35,603 bases of DNA from contig CAYPQH010000004.1 in NCBI GenBank assembly GCA_964412825.1, positions 2,642 to 38,244 of the forward strand. Direction: 5' to 3'. Positions 10,235-18,941 of the stretch are shown one piece after another; positions within the stretch are counted from its first letter, which is position 1; the number at the start of each line of letters is the position of its first letter. The notes beneath the pieces were generated by a model. The model was not told where the DNA came from, searched no databases, and saw nothing but the letters and a program-made list of their open reading frames with translations. Both the position numbers and the translations under genes were made by a program. The stretch is from an uncultured Nitrospinaceae bacterium. Its GTDB lineage: Bacteria; Nitrospinota; Nitrospinia; Nitrospinales; VA-1.

Positions 10235-11844
10235 GAATCCTTATCAACAATGTCATTGTCTATTTGGATGTTGTATTTTTCCATTGTCGAAGCTATCACC
10301 CGCCTCAATTTGATCCTGGATTTCCTATAGTCGATGAGTGCGCGAATCTCTTTGCTCTGCTCCTCGACAAGATCTTCCTGAAACTCTAAAACGTTGAAAC
10401 TGGTCGACAGGCCCACTTCAAATTTTTTCTCTTCAGCGTCCAGTTTTTTCTCAGCCAATATTCGCGCAAGGCGGGTGGCCTCAATGCGCTTGGATTCTGT
10501 CCTTATTTGACGGTGGGCCTCTCTCACTTCCACCACAATCTTTCTTTCAAGATTCTTGATGTCCATCAGAGTCTGAGAGGCTTGAAGCCTGGAGGCGGTA
10601 AGCCGACTTTTCGCAGATCGGTTTCCGAGTGGATAGCTCATTCTCAGACCCACTTCCCATTGGTAATAATCTCTTGATCCCAAACTTGAAAGAGATTTGT
10701 CATAGCCCCCACCAAAGGGACTTTGCGCCGCTCCACCTCCAAACTGCGAAATGGCCACCGCATTTCCACTGATCCCATTCAACCCCAAACTGCCAAACAG
10801 GTCCAATGTCGGGTAAGTTTGGTTATCATTATATTTGACTAGAATTTTATCGTTTGCCAACTTCGTTTTACGGGCTAAATAATCCGGACGGCTAATCAGC
10901 GCTTTTTTAATGGCTTCATCCAATACGATGTCATTTTCCGTTTGGATCATTGGCTCATCCATCGGTCGAATTTTATTACGGCCATCAAGAGAGTTGAAAT
11001 CGATATTCAACAAATTCTTTAAATTGTCTTCGTTGTCCTGGACCAGATCCTCGGCCTGTAAAAGAAGTTCTTCACGGGAAGCGACTTCGGACTGTGCCTG
11101 TAAAATCTCCAGAGGAGCGACCGTTCCAACCTCCACCTGAGCACGGACTCGTTTTTCCAGATCCTGGGCGCGTTTGAGGGACTTCCGCTTTACATTCAAA
11201 TCCTCGATGCTGAACACCAACTCCCAATAAACATTTTCAACTTCCGTAATGGTGTCGATAACATTGCCTTCAAATTCAAAATCGGAAATATCCAGATCAT
11301 TGCTGGCGATGTATATATTCCTTTTATTATTATCAATTCCAAAATTTTTCAGTAGCGGCTGAGTGGCTGAGAAGAGAAGTTCCGAGGAATACTGGGGGTT
11401 CAACCCCGCAAAAGCTGAATTTGTCTGGTTTCTATCGCTATTGAAACTGATGTCATAATCTCCCCCAGTGATCACCTTTTGATTCAAAGAAAATCCCAAC
11501 ACATAGTCCCGGTTCCTGGACTCATTGGGCACAGCGAACGCGCTGGACACCTGATTGGTCCTTTCCTGGGTCGAAAAATTCAGGTTAATAGTGGGGTCAA
11601 ATTCTGATTTTCTGTCTGTAATATCCTGTTCCCTGATTTTGACGCTGAACTCTTCAACGGCTATTGAGATGTTATTTTTCAGAGTGGTCTCGACCACTTG
11701 TCGCAGGGTAAGACCAAGCTCATTGCCATGAGAAGCGGGGGAGGGGGGGTCGGTATCGTTCGCCCATGATTCGGGAACTGAGCCCACCATAAAACAAAAA
11801 GTAAAAATCAGGGAAACCACTACCAGGGGTTTGTGTGACATCAC
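10231..11844 (-). CDS. tolC: TolC-family outer membrane efflux protein
   Basis: 537 aa with a signal peptide and two repeats of the OEP pattern, with long helical segments (LTLRQVVETTLKNNISI; LDEAIKKALISRPDYL). First gene of the cluster. Confidence 0.88.
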   Translation of the reverse strand: MMSHKPLVVVSLIFTFCFMVGSVPESWANDTDPPSPASHGNELGLTLRQVVETTLKNNISIAVEEFSVKIREQDITDRKSEFDPTINLNFSTQERTNQVSSAFAVPNESRNRDYVLGFSLNQKVITGGDYDISFNSDRNQTNSAFAGLNPQYSSELLFSATQPLLKNFGIDNNKRNIYIASNDLDISDFEFEGNVIDTITEVENVYWELVFSIEDLNVKRKSLKRAQDLEKRVRAQVEVGTVAPLEILQAQSEVASREELLLQAEDLVQDNEDNLKNLLNIDFNSLDGRNKIRPMDEPMIQTENDIVLDEAIKKALISRPDYLARKTKLANDKILVKYNDNQTYPTLDLFGSLGLNGISGNAVAISQFGGGAAQSPFGGGYDKSLSSLGSRDYYQWEVGLRMSYPLGNRSAKSRLTASRLQASQTLMDIKNLERKIVVEVREAHRQIRTESKRIEATRLARILAEKKLDAEEKKFEVGLSTSFNVLEFQEDLVEEQSKEIRALIDYRKSRIKLRRVIASTMEKYNIQIDNDIVDKDS

Positions 11845-12273
11845 GCTACTTCTCCCTAAAAATTAATCCGAAATCATTGGAAGATTCGGAAAAAGTCCCT
11901 CACTCAAGAAAGGTCCTGTGCCCCCATGTGGGTTTATTCATATAAGGGTGAAAGACCAGAAAGGCCCATAAACCGCACACGGTTGATCAATTTCAAGCAA
12001 TCAATTTTTCAGATATCGTGCATTGTAACCAATTTTCTAATCTGGATAAAGTCCTATTTTTCAATTAATTTGGGTCATGCCAAGAAATTTTACAAAAAAA
12101 ATGAAAGATTATTCTTGGTAAAATTACATTAACAGTTTAATATTTATGGACATAAGTTTTTAGTTCAGTTGGCAAGACAGCTCAGCTTCCTGAACAAATT
12201 CTTATTTTATTAGCTTACAAATTAATTCCAGTTGCATGGGTTTTAAATAAACAACCAATTTCCAGGAAAAATA

Positions 12274-12900
12274 ATGTCCAGAATAACCGCCGCAGATATT
12301 TTGAAAGTCGTGCCAATAACCCGGAAGACCCTTTGGTTGTGGCAGAAAAAATACAAATTTTTTCCCGATCCCGTGAAGGAAGCGCATCCGGGAGGGAAGG
12401 GGATCGTCGGCTACTATCCCGCGTGGGTGGAAGAGCGTTGCAAAAAAGTATATGCCCTGCAAAAAAAAGGCTACACCATAAGCATGATCAAGGATATTCT
12501 CCAGCAGGAAAAAGAGAATCAATCGGTACGAAAAATTTTAATCGTGGACGATGAAAAGAAATTTTCCAATCTCCTTAAAAAGTTTTTTGATAAAAATAAT
12601 TTCGTCACCGAGCTGGCTTTTGATGGCTGGGACGCAGGTTTGAAAGCAGCTCAATTTATGCCTTCCATTATTATTCTCGACATTGCCCTTCCTGGAATCA
12701 ACGGAATGGAAGTTTGCAAAAATTTAAAGGAAAACTCTAAAACCTCAAATATCAAAGTCATCGCAATTTCAGGTGATTTGCGGCATTCGGAAAAGGTGAT
12801 CCTTGATGCCGGAGCAGACATATATTTCACAAAACCGGTGGACTTTGATACTCTCCTCACCGTTTGCAACGAATTTATCGATCAGGTCGAAAGTACCTGA
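12274..12900 (+). CDS. Response regulator with reversed architecture: N-terminal MerR/excisionase-like HTH, C-terminal receiver (REC) domain
   Basis: 208 aa. Residues 1-80: ITAADILKVVPITRKTLWLWQKKYKFFP...KKGYTISMIKDIL, a MerR-superfamily HTH plus the G(Y/F)(T/S)(I/L)..IK..L helix. Residues ~85-205: KILIVDDE..., IIILDIALPGINGMEV (phospho-acceptor Asp), KVIAISG, YFTKP (conserved Lys). Confidence 0.8.
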   Translation: MSRITAADILKVVPITRKTLWLWQKKYKFFPDPVKEAHPGGKGIVGYYPAWVEERCKKVYALQKKGYTISMIKDILQQEKENQSVRKILIVDDEKKFSNLLKKFFDKNNFVTELAFDGWDAGLKAAQFMPSIIILDIALPGINGMEVCKNLKENSKTSNIKVIAISGDLRHSEKVILDAGADIYFTKPVDFDTLLTVCNEFIDQVEST

Positions 12901-13089
12901 TCCTACCTCAACACCTCAGGTTCGTCTTTTAAGGGTGCTATTTTTCCCTACATCCTTCTTCACCCTCTGTTTTTTAAAAGCTACTGTCAGAAGGCCACTA
13001 TCACGCTGGCCGCTTGCGGCTGAGCAGGTCATTGTGATATAAGGCTAGACGAATCTTTTTAATTGTTATTTTTGATTGGGTTTTTCTTT

Positions 13090-13926
13090 ATGCAAGGCGC
13101 GACCACATCCACCGAAGAAATCACCAAATTGGAAGAAATTGCCAGAGAAATCAGGCGAACAAGTTTACGGGTCATTCACAGGGCAGGGTCGGGCCACCCC
13201 GGCGGAAGTCTTTCTGCGACAGATATTGTGACCGACTTGTTCTTCGGCAGAGTGATGAATTATGATCCCAAAAATCCCAAAAACCCGGACCGGGATCGAT
13301 TTCTTCTCAGCAAAGGACATGCGTCGGGATTATATTTTACCGTTTTAGCAAAAGCCGGTTTTTTCCCTGAAAAAGAACTGGAAAGCTATCGCAAAATCAA
13401 CAGCCCATTGTTCCTTTCCGGTCACGCGCACCCTAAAACTCCCGGTGTGGAAATTGCCTCTGGAAGCCTGGGGCAGGGATTGAGCGTCGCACATGGGATC
13501 GCTCTGGGAGCCCGACTGGACAATCGAAACTACAAGGTTTATGTCGTTCTCGGTGATGGCGAATTGCAGGAAGGACAAATCTGGGAAGCGGCCATGTCTG
13601 CGGTAAAATTCAAATCCACCAATCTGATCGCCATTGTGGACTTCAACAAAGTCTGTCAGGACAACCTGACAAAAGACTTAAAAGATTTGGAACCCCTGGA
13701 AGACAAATGGCGAGCCTTTGGCTGGGACACCCACCGGATAGACGGTCATAATATGCAGGAAATACATCAAACCCTGAAACTTCCTCCGCATCCTGATAAA
13801 CCCAGAGTCATCATTGCGGATACGATTAAAGGAAAAGGGGTCAGTTTTATGGAAGGGCAAACCGCCTGGCATGGAGTGGCGCCTTCCGACGAAGATTTAG
13901 CAAAAGCTTTGAAGGAGCTTGCATGA
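13090..13926 (+). CDS. Transketolase, N-terminal (thiamine-diphosphate-binding) subunit
   Basis: SGHPGGSLS, GSLGQGLSVAHG and GDGELQEGQIWEA (the ThDP GDG motif). The ORF opens at 13063 (TTG), but the ATG at 13090 gives a typical N-terminus. The stop overlaps the next gene by ATGA. Confidence 0.9.
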   Translation: MQGATTSTEEITKLEEIAREIRRTSLRVIHRAGSGHPGGSLSATDIVTDLFFGRVMNYDPKNPKNPDRDRFLLSKGHASGLYFTVLAKAGFFPEKELESYRKINSPLFLSGHAHPKTPGVEIASGSLGQGLSVAHGIALGARLDNRNYKVYVVLGDGELQEGQIWEAAMSAVKFKSTNLIAIVDFNKVCQDNLTKDLKDLEPLEDKWRAFGWDTHRIDGHNMQEIHQTLKLPPHPDKPRVIIADTIKGKGVSFMEGQTAWHGVAPSDEDLAKALKELA

Positions 13927-14858
13927 AAGACGGTGCTACAAGAGACGGATATGGAGCGGCTCTGGTTGAGTTAGGCGCATCAAATAAAGATGTCGTCGTG
14001 CTGGATTCAGGAGTGAGCGATAGTTCCCGAACCAAACCCTTTGGGCAGGAGTTTCCCGAACGATTCTTCAATATGGGAATCAGCGAAGGCGATATGGTTT
14101 GCACCGCAGCAGGACTCGCCACCACCGGAAAAATACCTTTCGCCACCACATTCGCCTGTTTTTTACTGGGCCGATCCATGGACCAGATCCTGGTCAGTGT
14201 GGCGTATTCAAATACCAATGTGAAATTAGCGGGAACCCATACCGGCATCGCCGTTGGTGAAGACGGACCCTCGGCGCAAATGATCGTGGACCTGGCTTAT
14301 ACCCGCGCCATCCCCAATTTGATCGTGGTTCAGCCGGGCGATTGGGAAGAAGCACGGCAGGCCACTCACGCCCTGGCGGACTATAAAGGCCCGGCTTATT
14401 TGAGACTGGGCAGGGGAAAGGTCAAAGGCATCTACGATGCGTCCCACAAATTTGAAATAGGGAAGGGCCATGTCCTCAAAAAAGGCAGTGGAGTAGTGAT
14501 TTTCGCTTCAGGCACGTTGCTGCAAGAAAGTTTAAAAGCAATGGAAGACCTGCAAAAAGAAAATATCACACCGACCCTGGTCAATATTTCGACCATCAAA
14601 CCGATTGACTCGGATTTGATCGTAAAACTTGCTAAAGAACACAGTGCGGTGATAACGGCCGAAGATCATAACCGGTTTGGCGGCCTGGGAGACGCTGTGG
14701 GAGACGTTCTTTTAGAAAACAATATCCACGTTCCATTTAAAAAAATCGCCGTAAACGATCAGTTTGCGGAGACAGGAACCGCCGCCCAACTTTATGAAAA
14801 ATACGGACTGTCCGCAAATCATGTTGCCAAAGCTGTAAAAGAAATTCTTCATCAGTAA
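13923..14858 (+). CDS. Transketolase, C-terminal (pyrimidine-binding plus C-terminal domain) subunit
   Basis: 311 aa. RDGYG.ALVELG, FFNMGISEGDMV, THTGIAVGEDGPSAQ, IKPID. Translationally coupled to the N-terminal subunit. Confidence 0.9.
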   Translation: MKDGATRDGYGAALVELGASNKDVVVLDSGVSDSSRTKPFGQEFPERFFNMGISEGDMVCTAAGLATTGKIPFATTFACFLLGRSMDQILVSVAYSNTNVKLAGTHTGIAVGEDGPSAQMIVDLAYTRAIPNLIVVQPGDWEEARQATHALADYKGPAYLRLGRGKVKGIYDASHKFEIGKGHVLKKGSGVVIFASGTLLQESLKAMEDLQKENITPTLVNISTIKPIDSDLIVKLAKEHSAVITAEDHNRFGGLGDAVGDVLLENNIHVPFKKIAVNDQFAETGTAAQLYEKYGLSANHVAKAVKEILHQ

Positions 14859-14870
14859 ACTTCTTCATTC

Positions 14871-14930
14871 CTTCCAAAGATTTCAAACCATTCCGTTTCA
14901 GTAGAGCAACCGCGTCCCAGTCTTTGGAAG
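14871..14930 (+). terminator. Long hairpin after the transketolase genes (10-bp perfect stem, T-run follows)
   Basis: cttccaaaga (14871-14880) is the exact reverse complement of tctttggaag (14921-14930), and ...attctttttcg follows. The 40-nt loop is long for a canonical intrinsic terminator. Confidence 0.3.
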
Positions 14931-15036
14931 ATAGATTCTTTTTCGCCTGCAAAAGCATTCCCTTGGCTAGTTGACATAATATATGTTATGGGAACTAACG
15001 TGCGGGAAGTAAAATCACCTTTGATCCAACCAATCC

Positions 15037-16950
15037 ATGTGTGGAGTCGCCGGATTAATCGATTTTAGCAACGGAAAACTGCCCGGATATGAAAATCATT
15101 CGGGCAAGGTCCTGCGTGTCATGCTGGATCATCTGCGCCATCGTGGCCCCGATGACCGTGGTGAGGAAAGATTTGAAGTCAAAGACGGCCCACCTGTATA
15201 CCTTGGACATCAAAGACTTTCGATCATCGATCTCACCAAAATGGGCCACCAACCCATGCCCAATGACTCGCAAACCGTCTGGATTTCCACCAACAGCGAA
15301 ATCTACAACTTCAAGGAACTTCGAGAAGAACTAGAAAGTAAAAATTACAATTTTCGTTCCGAATCCGACACGGAAGTTTTACTCAAAGCCTACGAAGAAT
15401 GGGGAAACGATTGCCTGCAAAAACTCCGTGGCATGTTCGCGTTCGCAATCTGGGACTCCCACAAAAAATCCCTTTTTCTGGCGAGAGATCGTCTCGGAAT
15501 AAAACCGCTGTATTACTTTTCCAGTCCCGAATGCTTCCTGTTCGCCTCCGAAGTTCGTGCTCTCACCGCCACCGGTATTCCTGAAACTTCACTGAACGCT
15601 ACGGGATTGTTTCATTTTTTATCTTTTGGGAGTATGTCCTCCCCGGACACTCTTTGGCAATCCATTAAAGAACTACCGCCCGGCCATTACCTTACGGTCA
15701 CCCCGGAATCCATCCAGATAACAAAATACTGGGATCCTCTCGACTCCCATGAAAATTCGACCGAAGCTGATTTGCTCAAAAACACCCTCAAAGAAGCCGT
15801 AAAGCTCAGGCAGGTCAGCGATGTTTCTTTGGGTGCCTTTCTCAGCGGCGGCATCGATTCCAGCGCCGTGGTCTCCCTCATGCAAAAGGAAACGGATGCT
15901 CCCGTTCAAACTCTTTCCGTTGTTTTCAAGGAAACGGATTACGACGAATCCGTTTATTCAGATAAGGTCGCTAAGCAAATGGGAACCCGCCATCGTACGC
16001 TGGAACTGGGCGAATCCGACCTCGTCAACGCTCTTCCTGAAGCGATTTCTGCGATGGACCAGCCGACGGTTGATGGTATCAACACATTTTTAATTTCAAA
16101 ATGCGCCCGACAAGCCGGCTGGAAAGTCGCGCTATCCGGTATCGGGGGAGACGAACTTTTTGGCGGATACGATTCGTTTAAGTGGACACCAAAATTGTCA
16201 AAATTCGAAAATTTTTTAAGCGCCCTGCCCCGTTCTTTGACTCTCTTTATGGGCAACTGTCTGAAACGATTTTTGCCCGCATCCGACCGCAACAGTAAGC
16301 TTGCACATCTCGTCAGCGGGCAGAAATCCGGCAGTCACAGTTATTTTTTGATGCGGGCGTTGTTCTGCGAGGACCGTGTGCGGAGTTTATTCCGGGATAA
16401 AAATTGCGCCGACAATGAAATTCTAAAGCACCTGCAAAGAACCCGACAACAAGTCGATTCTTTAAGCGAACTCCATCCCCTCAAGCAAATTTCTTATCTG
16501 GAGTTGACCCATTATCTGTCCAACACCTTATTGCGGGACACCGACATGATGAGCATGGCCCACGGGCTGGAAATTCGCGTGCCCCTCATCGACCACATGC
16601 TGGTCGAACTGATGTTTACCATTCCCCCTGAAATTCAATTTGCCGGACCACCCCAAAAATCCCTGCTGGTCAAATCTCTTCCACTCGACCTGCCCTCTGA
16701 AATTGTCCACCGAAAAAAAATGGGCTTTACCCTGCCCTTTGAACATTGGATGCGAAATGAATTGCGGTCGGAAGTGGAGTCGGTTTTATTGGAGCCGGTC
16801 GCTCCATTGTCCGACTTTATTGATGAGACAGAAGTCCGGCAGGTGTGGATGGATTTTTTGGCCCGACGAGTTTCCTGGTCACGGCCCTGGGCGCTTTATG
16901 TCTTGAAAAAATGGTTTAAAAGCAATCATCCCCACAATCAAACGATCTAA
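15037..16950 (+). CDS. asnB: Asparagine synthase (glutamine-hydrolysing) family amidotransferase
   Basis: 637 aa. N-terminal MCGVAG (Ntn Cys2 nucleophile), HRGPD, and the PP-loop SGGIDSS in the synthetase domain. Confidence 0.88.
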   Translation: MCGVAGLIDFSNGKLPGYENHSGKVLRVMLDHLRHRGPDDRGEERFEVKDGPPVYLGHQRLSIIDLTKMGHQPMPNDSQTVWISTNSEIYNFKELREELESKNYNFRSESDTEVLLKAYEEWGNDCLQKLRGMFAFAIWDSHKKSLFLARDRLGIKPLYYFSSPECFLFASEVRALTATGIPETSLNATGLFHFLSFGSMSSPDTLWQSIKELPPGHYLTVTPESIQITKYWDPLDSHENSTEADLLKNTLKEAVKLRQVSDVSLGAFLSGGIDSSAVVSLMQKETDAPVQTLSVVFKETDYDESVYSDKVAKQMGTRHRTLELGESDLVNALPEAISAMDQPTVDGINTFLISKCARQAGWKVALSGIGGDELFGGYDSFKWTPKLSKFENFLSALPRSLTLFMGNCLKRFLPASDRNSKLAHLVSGQKSGSHSYFLMRALFCEDRVRSLFRDKNCADNEILKHLQRTRQQVDSLSELHPLKQISYLELTHYLSNTLLRDTDMMSMAHGLEIRVPLIDHMLVELMFTIPPEIQFAGPPQKSLLVKSLPLDLPSEIVHRKKMGFTLPFEHWMRNELRSEVESVLLEPVAPLSDFIDETEVRQVWMDFLARRVSWSRPWALYVLKKWFKSNHPHNQTI

Positions 16951-17005
16951 TTGAGGGGATGGATCTATCTTCAGATTGCTGTTCAAACCAGAGCTTTAAA
17001 CGGTC

Positions 17006-17245
17006 TCAAGCGGTTTTTTCACTGGGACCTGCGATTTCATTGGCGGGTACATGCGAACAATTGGAACACACATGGCCCAATTCACGTCCACACATGATGC
17101 AGGTCTCCATCTCTCCACTTGGCCTGATAGCCCCTCCGCAATGGTTGCAACAAGCGGCGGAGACGGTACGGCTTTTCGTGTGCCTGCGTAATTGATGACG
17201 CCGGCTATTTATTAATAATTTGCTTCTGGAAATATTCACGTGCAT
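17006..17245 (-). CDS. Small Cys-rich protein, possible double zinc-ribbon
   Basis: C-terminal half reads CCNHCGGAIRPSGEMETCIMCGRELGHVCSNCSH: three CxxC pairs with zinc-ribbon-like spacing. AGAGG lies 7 nt upstream of the ATG at 17245; the ORF track starts at GTG 17251. A + strand ORF overlaps it, so coding is not certain. Confidence 0.4.
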   Translation of the reverse strand: MHVNISRSKLLINSRRHQLRRHTKSRTVSAACCNHCGGAIRPSGEMETCIMCGRELGHVCSNCSHVPANEIAGPSEKTA

Positions 17246-17459
17246 TGACACACCTCTTTTTATATATCCAAACTTCTATTTTTAAAATAGCTAAGGAAAC
17301 AGTTTAAATTTCAAATCAACCCTTTCACTGCTTTTTCTAATGCGTAGGATGTTTCTAAATTTAAAAGGTTTTAAATATTAATGAAATTTTTGCAGCGGAT
17401 CGAACCAGAGATGGGTGAAAATCAGGAGGAGGGAAAATAATCCGGGGACTTAGGGGGTC

Positions 17460-18008
17460 TCACAACTTCGCCATAACGCCTTTATTGACGGTCTCCATGC
17501 GATTGGTATCAAACAAAATTTCAACAAGTTTCATGGCAAACTCCATAGCGGTTCCGGGGCTTCGGCTGGTGATATAATTTCCATCCACCACCACCCGGCT
17601 TTCGGAATACGGAACGTCTTCAAACTGATCTTTGACTGAAGGATGGCTGGTGAAACTTGTATTTTTTAGCAATCCGGCGGACTGCAAAACAACCGGGGCG
17701 GCGCAAATGGCGGCAATTTTTTTATTGCCCCGATCCATCTTTAATAATATTTCCTTGACCTTTTCATCTTTCTGCAAATTAGAAGTTCCCGGTTGCCCCC
17801 CCGGCAGGACCACCATATCGAAATCATCGGCATTTACCTCTTTCAAATGACAATCCGCAACCAGATTGATTCCCCTTGAACCCTCAGTAATGCCGCCATC
17901 GGTTCCGGCAAGAGTCACACGGGCTCCCGCCCGGCGCAGGATATCCACCACCGTTACCGTTTCTATTTCTTCAAATCCCGGAGCCAAAATTACTAAAACT
18001 TTTTTCAT
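17460..18008 (-). CDS. DJ-1/PfpI (ThiJ/YajL-like) family protein
   Basis: 182 aa. MKKVLVILAPGFEEIE, LPGG, and the nucleophile elbow AAICAAP. Confidence 0.9.
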   Translation of the reverse strand: MKKVLVILAPGFEEIETVTVVDILRRAGARVTLAGTDGGITEGSRGINLVADCHLKEVNADDFDMVVLPGGQPGTSNLQKDEKVKEILLKMDRGNKKIAAICAAPVVLQSAGLLKNTSFTSHPSVKDQFEDVPYSESRVVVDGNYITSRSPGTAMEFAMKLVEILFDTNRMETVNKGVMAKL

Positions 18009-18215
18009 ACATTCCTCTTTGTCAAAGACCCTCAGGCAGCTATCCCAGGACCAAATACCTGGACTCTACTCAACTGGGAACGGGGATAACGGCACTGCAA
18101 TACAACATTTTGGTTTTCAATGTTCAAACTATAAAATAATCGACCTTGTTTAGCAATTTTTCAGATGATAAAATTTCATGTGAGCTGTGCCGAATTGGAA
18201 CCTGAAAAGAATGCT

Positions 18216-18941
18216 ATGCAGACATTAGACCGAGTCCCTGATTTTTCCAGACAAATTCAAAGCATGTTTGGCGCCGTGGCGCCAAAATATGATTTTCTCA
18301 ATCGTCTACTCAGTGCCGGACGGGATCAATATTGGAGAAAGGCCGCAGTCGACCTTCTTTCTCCAAAAAAGGGAGAACGTTTTCTGGACGTCGCCACAGG
18401 AACCGCCGACATAGCCCTTGAAATCGCTTCCAGACATCCGTCCGAAGTAAAGGTCATGGGAATCGATTTTAGCGGCCCGATGTTGAAACTAGGCTTGAAA
18501 AAAGTCAACGATAAAAATCTTAAGCATGCCATCACGCTTCAAAAGGGGTGCGGCCAATCTCTTCCTTTTGCGGACGAAAGTTTTGATGGCGCTATCACCT
18601 CTTTTGGTCTGCGCAATTTTTCCGACCCTGGACTCGCTCTTACAGAAATACACCGTGTGTTGAAACACAAGGGCCAGGTCGTCATCCTTGAGTTTTCACA
18701 TCCGACCAATCCTATACTGGGATGGGGCTATCAACTATATTTCCATTTTCTATTGCCCCAGGTGGGTAAAATTTTTTCACGTCATAAATCCGCCTATAAC
18801 TATCTACCCCAATCGGTTTCAAAGTTTCCGATGCGTCAAGAACTGGCGCTTCTCATGGAGAAATCTGGATTTCAGTGTGTGACACATCAAGATCTTACTT
18901 TCGGAATTGTCACCCTCTATCATGGAATAAAAAATGGTTGA
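18216..18941 (+). CDS. ubiE: Demethylmenaquinone / ubiquinone biosynthesis C-methyltransferase (UbiE/MenG family)
   Basis: VAPKYDFLNRLLSAGRDQYWRK and the SAM motif LDVATGTAD, then FGLRNF. The ORF opens at 18165, but the ATG at 18216 gives the canonical N-terminus. Confidence 0.86.
   Translation: MQTLDRVPDFSRQIQSMFGAVAPKYDFLNRLLSAGRDQYWRKAAVDLLSPKKGERFLDVATGTADIALEIASRHPSEVKVMGIDFSGPMLKLGLKKVNDKNLKHAITLQKGCGQSLPFADESFDGAITSFGLRNFSDPGLALTEIHRVLKHKGQVVILEFSHPTNPILGWGYQLYFHFLLPQVGKIFSRHKSAYNYLPQSVSKFPMRQELALLMEKSGFQCVTHQDLTFGIVTLYHGIKNG

Noticed and set aside
11926-12132. 68-aa plus-strand ORF in the tolC / response-regulator intergenic region
   Set aside because: It is AT-rich, lacks an RBS and has an implausible composition. 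The region is better explained as divergent promoter DNA.
12161-12196. tRNA-like D-arm string tagttcagttggcaagacagctcag
   Set aside because: There is no T-arm (GGTTCGAAT-like), no acceptor stem and no plausible cloverleaf. There is only a 6-bp gttcag/ctgaac inverted repeat.
12202-12522. 106-aa minus-strand ORF and 73-aa plus-strand ORF overlapping the response-regulator 5' half
   Set aside because: The response-regulator frame (12274..12900) has clear HTH and receiver motifs. The alternatives have none.
17395-17406. T-loop-like ggttcgatccgc (minus strand) downstream of the DJ-1 gene
   Set aside because: The flanking bases do not form a T-stem, and no acceptor, D or anticodon arms can be drawn. 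It is a chance match.
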